This document shows positions 48,551-59,409 of a stretch of 64,000 nt of DNA, one piece after another (the first letter of the stretch is position 1; every line of letters starts with the position of its first letter). Source of the DNA: Pontiella sp. (GTDB lineage Bacteria; Verrucomicrobiota; Kiritimatiellia; Kiritimatiellales; Pontiellaceae); contig JBNKHE010000005.1 in the NCBI GenBank assembly GCA_050290185.1, forward strand, positions 223,321 through 287,320, in the 5' to 3' direction. The notes under the pieces are model-generated. The model ran no database searches, was not told where the DNA came from, and saw nothing but the letters and a program-made list of their open reading frames with translations. The position numbers and the translations under genes were made by a program.

Positions 48551-48773
48551 TGCCTCCTTCCGACACCGGAATACTACCGCTTGAAAGCAATGGGTACAAC
48601 CCTTACACATATAAATGGCTACCTATATTTGACCGAGGGAAGGCAATGCGGGGAAAAACGCCCATCCCAATAAAAACCCCAACCATTTCATAGACGTTCA
48701 AACATGCCCGTCAAATTGGATTGTGCTTCGATAGAGCTCCGACTACGCTTCTTCTCTTCAACGCACAAACGCC

Positions 48774-49721
48774 ATGCAACATTCAAAAAAAATCCGAAGA
48801 GCACTCCGCAGACCTATCGAAACCTTTTTCTTCCGCATGGGAATGGTTTGCATACCGTTGCTTCCCCGGCGATTGCTGGTGGCTGTTATCCGCATCGCCG
48901 GCACGGCGACCTTCCATTTCGCCAAAAGGGAACGTCGAACCGGAATGGCCAATCTGGATGTGGTATTCGGCAACACCAAAACCACGGGAGAGAAACAAAC
49001 GATCCTCAAGCAATCACTTACCAGCTTTGCCCAGACCATGGCCGACATCTTCTGGTTCTCGAAACAAACCGAAAAGCGGGTCTGCAAATACCAGACCTTC
49101 GTACCGGACACCGGCCCCTATTTCGAAAACCGCGCGCAAATCATCATCACGGCCCATATGGGAAACTGGGAATTGATCGGACTGGAGAGCGGGCTCCTCG
49201 GTTTGGATATTGCCAGCGTCGCAGCCACAGCCAAGAACGAAGCCGTTGACTCGATGCTGAATACATTGCGGCAGAAAACCGGACAAACCATAGTTGCGCG
49301 CGAAGGGGCCCTGCGGACCCTGATCAATCGCTTCCGCCAAAACAAAAAAGCCGCGTTTGTGCTCGACCAAAACACCCCCGAAGCCCAAGGCGGCATCTGG
49401 GTCGACTTTCTGGGAATTCCCACACCCGTCTCCTCGGCACCGGCCCTCCTGTCCTATCGCACCGGCACGGAAATCATCTTCGCCTTCAGTCAGCCCGTCG
49501 GCGGCGGCCGATACGAAGCCCATACCGGCCCCGTCATTCAGCCCCCCGCCTTCGACAAGGGACAGGACCAGACCGCTATCGTGAAGGCCCTGACCCAGCA
49601 AATCATGGATGTCGTCGGCGAGCAGATCCGCACCCACCCCGAATCATGGCTCTGGTCCTACAAGCATTGGCGCCGCAAAGCCCCCGGCACCGACCCAGAC
49701 CTATATCCGGTCTACAGCTAG
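48774..49721 (+). CDS. Lipid A biosynthesis acyltransferase (LpxL/HtrB family)
   Basis: TAHMGNWE, LDQ, VDFLG and PESWLWSYKHW. Confidence 0.9.
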   Translation: MQHSKKIRRALRRPIETFFFRMGMVCIPLLPRRLLVAVIRIAGTATFHFAKRERRTGMANLDVVFGNTKTTGEKQTILKQSLTSFAQTMADIFWFSKQTEKRVCKYQTFVPDTGPYFENRAQIIITAHMGNWELIGLESGLLGLDIASVAATAKNEAVDSMLNTLRQKTGQTIVAREGALRTLINRFRQNKKAAFVLDQNTPEAQGGIWVDFLGIPTPVSSAPALLSYRTGTEIIFAFSQPVGGGRYEAHTGPVIQPPAFDKGQDQTAIVKALTQQIMDVVGEQIRTHPESWLWSYKHWRRKAPGTDPDLYPVYS

Positions 49722-49853
49722 CGGCAGGCGCTGCATTGAAGAAGATCACGCCATAGACAAACACAGAACAACACGGATGATAGAAAAATCCGGGTTTATG
49801 CGGGTTAATCCGTGATCATAGATTATTTGAAATCGGTTCTGGCTACGAGCCGG

Positions 49854-51437
49854 CTATTCCTTCTGCGCTTCGTATTCGTCCAGCGTGCCGGGATAATCAA
49901 TGATTCCGTGGTCCGTTACTTCTAAGATCCGGGTAGCCAGCGTGGCGATGAAACGGTGATCGTGCGAAACGAAAATCAGCGTATTTGGAAATAGAGACAG
50001 TCCATAGTTTAATGCTTCGATTGATTCCAGATCAAGGTGATTGGTCGGCTCATCCAACGCCAGCACGTTGCCCCCTTCCATCATCATTTTTGATAGAATC
50101 AAACGGGCTTTCTCGCCCCCGCTCAAGACGCTAGTTTTTTTCAGCGGATCGTCACCACGAAAAATCATACGCCCCATGAACGAACGAAGTTCGGACTCGG
50201 ATGTTCCGGCTTCAGCAAAGCGACCAAGCCAATCAAGCGCACTCATTTCGGGATCAAGCAGGCCGGAAACATCCTGCGGGAACAGACCAATCTCAACGGT
50301 TTCGCCAAACACGACTTTTCCGGTATCGCTTTTAAGCTGATTGCACAGCACGTTCAACAGCGTCGTTTTACCAATCCCGTTCTTGCCAATGATGGCCACC
50401 CGCTCTTCCGGCCCGATCGTGCAGGAAAAGTCGCTGAACAGCGTTTCGTCATACGACTTGGAAATCGACTCGGCCTCGATCACCTTATCCCCCAACCTCG
50501 TTTTCGGATTGAAGCGGATAAAAGGTGAAACCCGGCTACTGGCCTTAAACTTTTTGATCTCCAGCTTATCCAGCGTTTTCTTGCGCGATGTCGCCTGCTT
50601 TGCCTTTGAGGCATTCGAGCTGAAGCGCGAAATAAAAGTTTTCAGATCGTGCGCCTGTTTCTCGACCTTCTTGTTCGCTTTTTCCTGCAGTTCGCGCGCT
50701 TCAAGACTGGCAATGGTAAAGTCGTCATAGTTCCCCGGGAACATGCGGATTTCGTTGTAATCCAAATCGGCGATATGCGTGCAGACCTGGTTCAGGAAGA
50801 AGCGGTCGTGTGAAATGGTGATTACTGTTCCCGTGTACCGTTTGAGCAGTTCAACCAGCCATTCGATGGACTCCATATCCAGATGATTGGTCGGCTCGTC
50901 GAGCAGCAGGATATCCGGCTGACCAAACAACACCTGCGCCAACAGAACACGCAGCTTAAACCCGCCCTGCAATACCGTCATGTTTTGTTCAAATAGATCT
51001 TCGCTGAAACCCAATCCAACCAGAAGTGTGGCCGCTTCAGCCTCCATGGTGTACCCACCCGCTTCGCCAAACTCCTCTTCGATATGGCCGCAGCGTTCAT
51101 TTTCATCATCGGTCAGTTCATCTTTGGTATATAGATATTCACGTTCACAATGTATTTTCCAAAGCTTGGGATTACCCATATAGACGGTGTCGATGATCGT
51201 ATGCTCGTCGAAGGCCGAGTGGTCCTGGCGGAGATATCCGAGTGAACAGTCATGCCCTACCGCCACCTCGCCTTCACTCTGGGTCAGCTGACCGGTCAGG
51301 ATTTTCAGGAACGTGGATTTTCCAGAGCCGTTGGCCCCGATCAATCCGTAGCGGTTGCCCGGAACAAACTTAACCGAAACATCCTCGAAAAGAGTCATCT
51401 GGCCAAAGCGCATAGAAATTTTTGACGTCGAAATCAT
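49854..51437 (-). CDS. ABC-F family ATPase (YbiT-like)
   Basis: Two ABC domains, each with LDEPTNHLD; no TM segments. Confidence 0.93.
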   Translation of the reverse strand: MISTSKISMRFGQMTLFEDVSVKFVPGNRYGLIGANGSGKSTFLKILTGQLTQSEGEVAVGHDCSLGYLRQDHSAFDEHTIIDTVYMGNPKLWKIHCEREYLYTKDELTDDENERCGHIEEEFGEAGGYTMEAEAATLLVGLGFSEDLFEQNMTVLQGGFKLRVLLAQVLFGQPDILLLDEPTNHLDMESIEWLVELLKRYTGTVITISHDRFFLNQVCTHIADLDYNEIRMFPGNYDDFTIASLEARELQEKANKKVEKQAHDLKTFISRFSSNASKAKQATSRKKTLDKLEIKKFKASSRVSPFIRFNPKTRLGDKVIEAESISKSYDETLFSDFSCTIGPEERVAIIGKNGIGKTTLLNVLCNQLKSDTGKVVFGETVEIGLFPQDVSGLLDPEMSALDWLGRFAEAGTSESELRSFMGRMIFRGDDPLKKTSVLSGGEKARLILSKMMMEGGNVLALDEPTNHLDLESIEALNYGLSLFPNTLIFVSHDHRFIATLATRILEVTDHGIIDYPGTLDEYEAQKE

Positions 51438-51600
51438 GTGGAAATACCTAGGTTGGATCTGGAAATCTAAGAAGAGCGGGCTTGTATAGCAGGATATGCA
51501 GCACGAACCTACTCCTAACTACAAAAACCTTGGAACTAGAGGGTTGTTCTCGACATAGCGACCCAGGGACATAGACTATGCTGTTTCACCCCACCCCTCC

Positions 51601-52149
51601 ATGATGAACGACGACTTGAAAAACTATATTCAACGGTACACCGAACTTGAAACCGGCATGCGGAAGCTGATCAACCGGAAAGGGAATTCGCTTTGCGGAC
51701 AATGCACCCGCTGTTGCTGCGATGTCATCCATTGCGAAGAAGGGGTGAAAAGTCCGTTTCTAAAGATGGTCCACCAGCAAGAATATCTATTTGATCCAAA
51801 GGAAGGTTTTCTTTCCCCAACCGGCTGTAAGCTGGACAAAGGCCGCCCGTCGGTATGCTACGAATATTTCTGCGACGACCATTTCTACCATCAGCCCGAC
51901 GACCTGCACGCCGAAATCCTCAAGATCCTGGGAGCCTTGCTGAACCACGCAACGCGAAATGCTCTCGGCGACACCCCGCTCGAAGAGATCATGCAGGAAG
52001 CGGACCTCGCCGAGCTCGACTTCCAGCAACTGGAAGAACAGATGGACGAAAGCTTGCAGGCACTCGAAATCATCCGCGCCTTCTACCGCGACGGCTCCCT
52101 CCCCGAAGACTCCCTCAAAACGCTCCGGAAAATCCGTATTGAAGAATAA
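51601..52149 (+). CDS. Cys-rich hypothetical protein (CxxCxxCC)
   Basis: CGQCTRCCC, GCKL and RPSVCYEYFC. Confidence 0.75.
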   Translation: MMNDDLKNYIQRYTELETGMRKLINRKGNSLCGQCTRCCCDVIHCEEGVKSPFLKMVHQQEYLFDPKEGFLSPTGCKLDKGRPSVCYEYFCDDHFYHQPDDLHAEILKILGALLNHATRNALGDTPLEEIMQEADLAELDFQQLEEQMDESLQALEIIRAFYRDGSLPEDSLKTLRKIRIEE

Positions 52150-52269
52150 TCCGCCTTCCGACGGAGTCCTGGAGCGTTGATTAAGAACCCGGGAAACTTT
52201 TTACCACCCGGTGAACCGTTCCTTTCAGTCACTATTTTACTACGTAAATTATCTCGCTCCGCTCAGCGC

Positions 52270-52387
52270 TAGAGGGCACAGAGTTCACGGAGGGGCCAAT
52301 GCAATTATGCTTCAGTGACCTCTGTGGTGAGATTTTGGTTACGGCGTTCTGATCAGGAACACAGGGCCCGCAGGATGCGGGCGGTAC
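52270..52387. repeat. 9-nt-unit palindrome plus REP-like hairpin
   Basis: AGAGGGCACAGAGTTCACGGAG...CTTCAGTGACCTCTGTGGT and GCCCGCAGGATGCGGGCGGTAC. Confidence 0.55.
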
Positions 52388-52422
52388 GTATCCGAATGGA
52401 GGGGAATCGATGAATGGGATAG

Positions 52423-54459
52423 CTACCGCGTCAGCGTCACCCGCTTGCGTTGCCGCAGGTCGCGGCTTGAGGTGCCGATGATCACTTCGAATTCGCCCGC
52501 TTCCACCACCCAGTCGCGCGCTTCCAGAGACCAGAAGCTGAACGCGTTGCGGTCCAGCGCGAAGTGAATGGTCTTCGACGCGCCAGCCTCCAGCTCCACC
52601 CGCCGAAAGCCCTTCAGTTCCAGCGGAGGACGCGGCAGTGACGCTTCCGCATCGGAGACATAGAGCTGCACGATTTCCGCTCCAGCGCGGCTACCGGTGT
52701 TCGTGATCGTGACGCAGACTTCGACCGTTTCGTCCGTAGAAAAGTGCTTTTTCGACACCTCGATGCCGGAATACTCGAACGTCGTATACGACAGGCCATG
52801 TCCAAACGGGAACAGCGGCTCGATCCCCTTGGCATCGTACCAGCGGTAACCAACAAAAACGCCTTCATCGTAGTGCACGTCGGACACCGCCCGCGCCGCT
52901 TCCTGCTCGTCGTTCCATCCACTATATAGTTGCTCGCCCTCGGGCACGTAGTCGGGATCGACGCTGTCCGCGAATTCACGTTCGATCGTAATAGGTAGCT
53001 TGCCGGATGGGTTGACCTTGCCGGAAAGGATCTCCGCCACCGCCTCGTGACCGTTCTGTCCGCTATACCAGCAATAGACGATTGCCGCTGCCTTGTCGCT
53101 CCAGTCCGTCATGCGAATTCCGCTACCGCTCTGGACCAGCACGATTACGTTGGGATTCAGGTCCACCGCCTTGCGGACCAAGGATTCGTCCTGCTCCTTC
53201 AAGGCGAACAGACGATCCCAGCCTTCGCTGTCCAACGTCCCGACGCTCAGGATTACCCTGTCCGCCTGCTGAATACGTTCCGAAGTCGGGGTCTTGTCGT
53301 ACGCGATTCGCCCGCCGAACTCCGTCTTGAGCGCGTCGATGAGTTGTATGTTGTCGTAGCCGACAACGGTCGCCGAGCCTCCGCCAACCGCCTTGTTCTC
53401 GAGAAAGTCGCCGATCACCAGAATCTCCTCCGAACCCTCGAGCGGAAGGATGCCGTTGTTGCGCAGCAGTACCGAGCCCTCCCGGGCCGTTTGCAACGCG
53501 ACCTGCTTACGGACGTCCCACTTTTCCACGGTCGTGAGTTCGGGCATTGGCTCAACGTCGAATAGATCCATCGCTTTCAACGTCGTCAGGATGCTCTTCA
53601 CCATCCGGTCGACGTCCGTCTCCGCCACATCGCCCGCGCGCACCTTGTCCGCCAAGCCCTTCGTGGCGATACAAGCTGGCATCTCGAGATCCTGCCCCGA
53701 CTGGACGACCTTGACGCCATCGAAGACCGACCACCAATCCGTCATCACCAGCCACTTGAATCCAAGATGGCCGCGCAACAGGTCATTGATGACATGCGCG
53801 CTCTGCCCCGCCCATTCGCCGTTGACGAGGTTGTAGGAGGTCATCACCGCCATCACACCCGCTTCAACGCCCGCCTTGAATGCCGGAAGATAGATCTCGT
53901 TGAGCGTCCGTTCATCGACAACCGAATTACTCTTACGCCGGAAATAGTCGGTGTTGTTCGCAACAAAATGTTTCAGGGTCGCCACCACGCCCGTATCCTG
54001 CGCGCCCTTGACGTAGCGTTCGATCATGCGCGACGTCAGAAACGGATCCTCGCCGAAATACTCGAAGTTCCGGCCGCACTGGGAATGTCGGTAAATATTG
54101 AATCCGGGTCCCAGCAGAATGCCGATCCCGTTCGCCAGACACTCCTCCGCCACGCACGCCGCGAATCGCTCCACCAGTTCCGGATCCCACGTCGCCGACA
54201 GCTGCAACGGACAAGGAAACGACGTCGACCGGTCGATCGCGTTCTGGTACGTGAATTCGTTAAACCGGTCCCTCAAATGCACGCCGGCGGTCGCATCCGT
54301 CATCATCACGCGCTTAATGCCAAGCCGCTCGATCGCCTTCGTGTAGAAGGCATCTTCGCCGCCAACATAGGCGCACTTTTCGTCAAGCGACATTTGGGCG
54401 ACGACGTCGTCCGCCCATGCGCTGGCTTCTTCAAAGGAATGTTTGGGATATGTATTCAT
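52423..54459 (-). CDS. Glycoside hydrolase family 3 (beta-glucosidase-like) with Fn3-like domain
   Basis: GRNFEYFGED, KHFVAN, VMTDW, PFGHGLSYTTF and ELKGF. Confidence 0.95.
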   Translation of the reverse strand: MNTYPKHSFEEASAWADDVVAQMSLDEKCAYVGGEDAFYTKAIERLGIKRVMMTDATAGVHLRDRFNEFTYQNAIDRSTSFPCPLQLSATWDPELVERFAACVAEECLANGIGILLGPGFNIYRHSQCGRNFEYFGEDPFLTSRMIERYVKGAQDTGVVATLKHFVANNTDYFRRKSNSVVDERTLNEIYLPAFKAGVEAGVMAVMTSYNLVNGEWAGQSAHVINDLLRGHLGFKWLVMTDWWSVFDGVKVVQSGQDLEMPACIATKGLADKVRAGDVAETDVDRMVKSILTTLKAMDLFDVEPMPELTTVEKWDVRKQVALQTAREGSVLLRNNGILPLEGSEEILVIGDFLENKAVGGGSATVVGYDNIQLIDALKTEFGGRIAYDKTPTSERIQQADRVILSVGTLDSEGWDRLFALKEQDESLVRKAVDLNPNVIVLVQSGSGIRMTDWSDKAAAIVYCWYSGQNGHEAVAEILSGKVNPSGKLPITIEREFADSVDPDYVPEGEQLYSGWNDEQEAARAVSDVHYDEGVFVGYRWYDAKGIEPLFPFGHGLSYTTFEYSGIEVSKKHFSTDETVEVCVTITNTGSRAGAEIVQLYVSDAEASLPRPPLELKGFRRVELEAGASKTIHFALDRNAFSFWSLEARDWVVEAGEFEVIIGTSSRDLRQRKRVTLTR

Positions 54460-54572
54460 ATGGATAAGAAAAGTCGGGTTGGAGAAAAGCCGAACTACAC
54501 CAAGCTTTCACTCTTAGCACCAGCAAAACCGCCGCCTAAACGCCCTGCGACTTCTTTGCTCTACAGGAGAAA

Positions 54573-54655
54573 CGCCCGATGGGGCATCGGGCCTACAACA
54601 ATTTGCAAAATCTGTACCCGAGCCGAAATCTGTAGGCCGGGTACCCTACCCGGCG
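54573..54655. repeat. Pair of inverted GTAG-type REP palindromes
   Basis: CGCCCGATGGGGCATCGGGCCTACA (54573-54597) and TGTAGGCCGGGTACCCTACCCGGCG (54631-54655). Confidence 0.8.
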
Positions 54656-54720
54656 AGCAGTCGATCATGACTCAAGACAGATTAAACCGCTCTATTCTTC
54701 CTTGATCTCCCCTGCCCCCT

Positions 54721-57700
54721 ATGCCCTTATTTCGGGCTCTTATGGATCAGGCGGAAACAAAGGTAATATTGCAGACGGTGAAGCAGTCGCTGGACGGGCT
54801 TTTGCTGCGCGACCGCGCGCATTTGAATGCCTTGATGCGGCGGGTGCGGCAGCGTATTCATGACCGGCAGCCAGCGGACAAGCTGGTCGCGAAACTGAAG
54901 GATGTGCATTTCCAGTCGTTGCAGCGCGCCCAGAAGCGGGCGGCGGTTAAACTTAAACTGGAGTATCCGGATGTTCTCCCGATTTCCGGCAAGCGCGACG
55001 ACATCCGCAAGCTGATCGAAGAAAACCAAGTGCTGATTGTCTGCGGCACGACGGGATCGGGGAAGACGACCCAGCTGCCCAAAATCGTGCTGGAGGCCGG
55101 AGCGGGTAAAACCGGGCGGATTGGCGTCACCCAGCCGCGAAGGTTGGCGGCAACGGGCATGGCACGCCGCGTGGCAGAGGAGATGGGTATAGACTACGGC
55201 AAGGGCGTCGGATGCCAGGTGCGGTTCGACGATTCCACCTGCGATGAAACCATCATCAAGTTCATGACCGACGGCATCCTGCTGGCGGAAACGCAGAACG
55301 ACCGCCACCTGTTGCAATACGACTGCCTGATCATCGACGAAGCCCACGAGCGCAGCCTGAACATCGACTTCCTGCTCGGCTACCTCAAGAACCTGCTGGC
55401 CGTGCGCCCCGACCTTAAAATCGTTATCAGCTCGGCCACACTCGACGCCGAAAGCTTTTCCGCCTTTTTCGACGATGCGCCCGTGATCACGGTGGAAGGC
55501 CGGACCTATCCCGTGGAGGATTTTTTCCTGCCGCCGGGCAAGGACGAGGAACTGGCCAACCATATTCTTCGAGCCATGCGCTGGATCTCGGACGTGGATG
55601 ACCAGGGCGACGTGCTGATCTTTCTGCCCGGAGAGCGAGAGATCAAGGACGCCACCAAAAAGCTCGAAGGCCAGCATTTCAAAAATACGGAGGTGCTTCC
55701 CCTCTTCGGCCGTTTGAGCATGGGCGAACAGCAGCGCGTCTTTACCGTCGGCGGACGCCGCCGGATTATTCTGGCGACCAACGTGGCGGAAACCTCGATC
55801 ACGATTCCGGGCATCCATTATGTCATCGATTCGGGACTCGTCCGACTGAGCCGCTACAACCCGCGCACGCAGGTGCAGGGGTTGCAGATCGAGCAGGTAT
55901 CGCAGGCGAGCGCGCGGCAACGCCGTGGCCGTTGCGGCCGCGTCACCGACGGCATCTGCATCTATCTCTACGACCAGGATACGCTCGAAAACAGCGCGGC
56001 CTACACCGACCCCGAAATCCGCCGCACCTCGCTGGCTGGCGTAATCTTGCAGATGGATATGCTCGGACTTCCGCCCATCGACCGATTTCCGTTGATTGAT
56101 CCGCCTAGTTCATCGCTGGTGAATGAGGGTTATCGGACGTTACAGGATATCGGCGCGATCGACGAAGATCAAAAGCTTACCCCAATGGGCCGCGACATTG
56201 CGGCATTCCCGGTCGATCCGCATCTGGCGCGCATGATCGTGCAGGCCCGCGACGAAGGGGCCTTGCCGGAAGTCCTGATTCTCGTGGCATTCCTCTCCAT
56301 CCAGGACGTACGCGAACGGCCGACCGAAAAGGCCGACGCCGCCGATCTGGCGCACAAGCAATGGCTGGATCCGAAGTCGGACTTCATCACCATTCTGAAT
56401 CTCTGGAACGCGGTTGAAGCCGAACGCGGACAGGGCGGATCGCACGGCCGGCTGCGGAAATACTGCAAGAAGAATTTCATCAACTACCGTCGCGTCATGG
56501 AATGGCGCAACCTGTGGCAGGATCTGCGTGGTACCGTGCGGGATCTTGGATGGAATGTAGACGATGCTTACAGCTTCGTTGCGCACGCCAAGTCCGCCGA
56601 CCGTTCCAACGCAACGCGGCAAGATGCCGCGTCTACATTCGATCTGGTGCATCGCAGTCTGCTGGCTGGGCTTCCCGCCAATATTGGATTGAAGGGCGAG
56701 GAGCGGGAGTTGCAGGGTGCGCGTGGCCGTAAGTTTTTCATTTTTCCCGGCTCGGCGCTGTTCAAGAAACCGCCGGAATGGGTGATGACTTTTGCGCTGG
56801 TTGAAACCACCAAGGTGTATGCCCGCATCGTGGCGGAGATCCAGCCGGAGTGGCTGGTTTCCGTTGCCCCGCATCTCTGCAAATCGGTGTATACGACGCC
56901 GGAATGGAATGCGGATGCCGGCTTTGTCTACGCCAAGGAATCGGTGGTCTCCGGCGGCCTGACGTTGACCCGCGGAAAAAACGTCCATTTCGGCCCGATT
57001 AATCCCGAGGAAGCGCGCAAGATTTTCATTCGCGATGCCATGGTGCCGGGCAACCTGACCACGCACGGCGGCTGGCTAAAGCTACATCAACGCATGTTGG
57101 ATGATATCGCAGCCCTGGAGGAAAAGATTCGCCGCCCCGGCGCACTGATCGATACCGACGCCATATATGATCATTTCGACGCTCTACTTCCGCCGGAGGT
57201 CTATTCGGTCAAAACGCTTGAGCAATGGCTCCGAAAATCGAAGGCGCGGATTGCCATGCGCCTAAACGACGCCATCTATCCACAATCGACCCCCATTCGT
57301 CCCGAGGACTATCCCGACGAGCTGGTCTTTCACGAAGAACCGTTCCAACTGATCTACACCTTCGATCCCGGCGAAAAACTCGACGGCATCGCCCTTGTCT
57401 GTCCGACGAACAAACTAGCCTTCCTGCCCGACTGGGCACCGGACTGGCTGGTACCCGGTTGGCTGGAAGAAAAAGTTAACCGGTTACTGCGAACCCTCTC
57501 GAAAAATCTCCGGACTGCCCTTCCCCCGATCGATCAAGCGGCACGGACTTTCTGCATGGGAAGGCGAGACGCTCCGGAAGGTCCGTTGCTGGATGAGCTG
57601 TCGCGCTGGCTGCAAATTGAGTTCAAACTACCGGTCGACGCCACTGACTTCGACGAAACCGGCCTTCCCGCGTTTCTCCAAATGAAAGTCATCGAAACCC

Positions 57701-58638
57701 AGGGCGATGAAATCGTCAAGATCCATACCTCCATCTCGGATGAGCACCGTCAAAACGTACAGATGAGCGGCGCTGGAATCGCCTTTGCAAAATGGGCGCT
57801 ACCCCCGCAGAAAAACTGGCCGGGCGATGCATTGCCGGAATTCATTTTTGCCAACGACGCCGCACAAACACGCGGCTATCCCGCGCTGACTGATGAAAAG
57901 GGGGGCGTAGGCAGAAAGGTTTTCATCAGCCCGGTCGATGCGGAATATTCCCATCGGGCCGGACTGGCACGGCTGTTCCGCCTGCAGCAGGCCGATCAGG
58001 TGAAGTATGTCGAAAAACGACCGCCCCTAACGCCGACCCTCCAGTTGACCCTGTCGGCGCTCGACAGCGACTTTTTAACCGATCTGATGAATACTGCGAT
58101 TGTTAACGCGCTGACCCATGATGAACGACAGGAGATCCGTGACGAAGCAACATTTACCGGCCGAGCCTTGATTGCGCGAACCATCCTCTACGAAAAAACC
58201 GAAGAACCCGCAGCCATTCTCGCCGACCTGCTGGACCAGCGGGAAACGATCATCAAGAGCCTTGATCAGCTTCCGTATGATCACGACACCCGCCACGACA
58301 TTGAGATGCAACTTGAGTTTCTGTTCCGACCGGGATTTCTTCGAGTACATGATGTGTTCCACCGCTATCCTCGATACCTAAAGGCCATGCAAATGCGGAT
58401 GCAGCGCATGCGCAACAATCTCCCGGCCGACCGGCGGAAGATGGAGGAAGTTGAACCGTTTCAAATCCGGCTCAGCGAAAAACTGCTGGAGAGTGAAAAC
58501 ATCGCAGAAGCCTATGAATTACTGGAATTTGCTATGCTGCTGGAGGAGTTCCGGATCAACCGTTTCGCCCCCGAAATCAAAGTACCACAGAAGGTTTCCG
58601 CGCAACGGTTGGAAGACGCATGGCTCAAACTGCAATAA
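54721..58638 (+). CDS. hrpA: ATP-dependent RNA helicase HrpA
   Basis: GSGKTTQLP, DEAH, SAT, QRRGRCGR and DUF3418-type C-terminus. Confidence 0.95.
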   Translation: MPLFRALMDQAETKVILQTVKQSLDGLLLRDRAHLNALMRRVRQRIHDRQPADKLVAKLKDVHFQSLQRAQKRAAVKLKLEYPDVLPISGKRDDIRKLIEENQVLIVCGTTGSGKTTQLPKIVLEAGAGKTGRIGVTQPRRLAATGMARRVAEEMGIDYGKGVGCQVRFDDSTCDETIIKFMTDGILLAETQNDRHLLQYDCLIIDEAHERSLNIDFLLGYLKNLLAVRPDLKIVISSATLDAESFSAFFDDAPVITVEGRTYPVEDFFLPPGKDEELANHILRAMRWISDVDDQGDVLIFLPGEREIKDATKKLEGQHFKNTEVLPLFGRLSMGEQQRVFTVGGRRRIILATNVAETSITIPGIHYVIDSGLVRLSRYNPRTQVQGLQIEQVSQASARQRRGRCGRVTDGICIYLYDQDTLENSAAYTDPEIRRTSLAGVILQMDMLGLPPIDRFPLIDPPSSSLVNEGYRTLQDIGAIDEDQKLTPMGRDIAAFPVDPHLARMIVQARDEGALPEVLILVAFLSIQDVRERPTEKADAADLAHKQWLDPKSDFITILNLWNAVEAERGQGGSHGRLRKYCKKNFINYRRVMEWRNLWQDLRGTVRDLGWNVDDAYSFVAHAKSADRSNATRQDAASTFDLVHRSLLAGLPANIGLKGEERELQGARGRKFFIFPGSALFKKPPEWVMTFALVETTKVYARIVAEIQPEWLVSVAPHLCKSVYTTPEWNADAGFVYAKESVVSGGLTLTRGKNVHFGPINPEEARKIFIRDAMVPGNLTTHGGWLKLHQRMLDDIAALEEKIRRPGALIDTDAIYDHFDALLPPEVYSVKTLEQWLRKSKARIAMRLNDAIYPQSTPIRPEDYPDELVFHEEPFQLIYTFDPGEKLDGIALVCPTNKLAFLPDWAPDWLVPGWLEEKVNRLLRTLSKNLRTALPPIDQAARTFCMGRRDAPEGPLLDELSRWLQIEFKLPVDATDFDETGLPAFLQMKVIETQGDEIVKIHTSISDEHRQNVQMSGAGIAFAKWALPPQKNWPGDALPEFIFANDAAQTRGYPALTDEKGGVGRKVFISPVDAEYSHRAGLARLFRLQQADQVKYVEKRPPLTPTLQLTLSALDSDFLTDLMNTAIVNALTHDERQEIRDEATFTGRALIARTILYEKTEEPAAILADLLDQRETIIKSLDQLPYDHDTRHDIEMQLEFLFRPGFLRVHDVFHRYPRYLKAMQMRMQRMRNNLPADRRKMEEVEPFQIRLSEKLLESENIAEAYELLEFAMLLEEFRINRFAPEIKVPQKVSAQRLEDAWLKLQ
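56553..56640. repeat. Inverted REP doublet embedded in frame in hrpA
   Basis: Perfect 11-bp terminal inverted repeat GAATGTAGACG/CGTCTACATTC; internal hairpin ACGCGGCAAGATGCCGCGT. Confidence 0.8.
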
Positions 58639-58696
58639 ATTTGACATGCCAGGAAACAATAACGAAACTGAGCGTTAATTAAATAAAGGATATACC

Positions 58697-59362
58697 ATGC
58701 TTTCGGCTGTAGTTTTCGATTTTGATGGGGTTATCGTAGATACTGAACCGCTGCACTTCAAGGCCTTCAATGAGGTGTTGGCAGATCGGGGCATGGAAAT
58801 TTCATGGGAGGAATATTGCGACACCTACATCGGATTCGATGATCGCGACGCCCTCAAGGCCATCTTCAAGGCCCATGGAAAAAGGATTTCCTCAACTGAA
58901 AAAAAGGGCCTGATTTCTCAAAAAGCCGCCGTTTTCCAGGGCTATATCAAAACCGGAAAAGTCAGCCCCCTCCCCGGTGCCATTGAGCTGGTTAAGAGCA
59001 TCCCGAGCCGGCTTCCTGTTGCTTTGTGCAGCGGCGCACTGAAACAGGACATCCTGCCTGTTCTCGAAACACTGGGTATAAACAACGCCTTCACGGTCAT
59101 CGTGACCGCCGAGGATACCGAAAAGAGCAAACCGGATGCCGCTCCGTATAAACTCGCCCTTGAAAAACTCGTCATCGACGACCCCGCGACCGCATTGGCC
59201 ATCGAGGATACGCCCGCAGGGATCATGTCCGCCAAGGGCGCCGGGCTCAAGGTATTGGCCATAACGACCAGCTACAGCCGGGAATACCTACTTGAAGCCG
59301 ATGCCGTTACCGATTCATTGGAGCATGTGAGTCGGCCCATGCTCGAAGATATGGTGATGTAA
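58697..59362 (+). CDS. HAD family phosphatase
   Basis: FDFDGVIVDTE, KPD and IEDT. Confidence 0.92.
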   Translation: MLSAVVFDFDGVIVDTEPLHFKAFNEVLADRGMEISWEEYCDTYIGFDDRDALKAIFKAHGKRISSTEKKGLISQKAAVFQGYIKTGKVSPLPGAIELVKSIPSRLPVALCSGALKQDILPVLETLGINNAFTVIVTAEDTEKSKPDAAPYKLALEKLVIDDPATALAIEDTPAGIMSAKGAGLKVLAITTSYSREYLLEADAVTDSLEHVSRPMLEDMVM

Positions 59363-59390
59363 AAAAAAAGCTCCCGGCCCGGGAGCTTTT
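59362..59390. terminator. Bidirectional terminator
   Basis: A-run, GCTCCCGG CC CGGGAGC, then TTTT between convergent genes. Confidence 0.85.
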
Positions 59391-59409
59391 CTGTTGTCTG
59401 GAGCGACGG

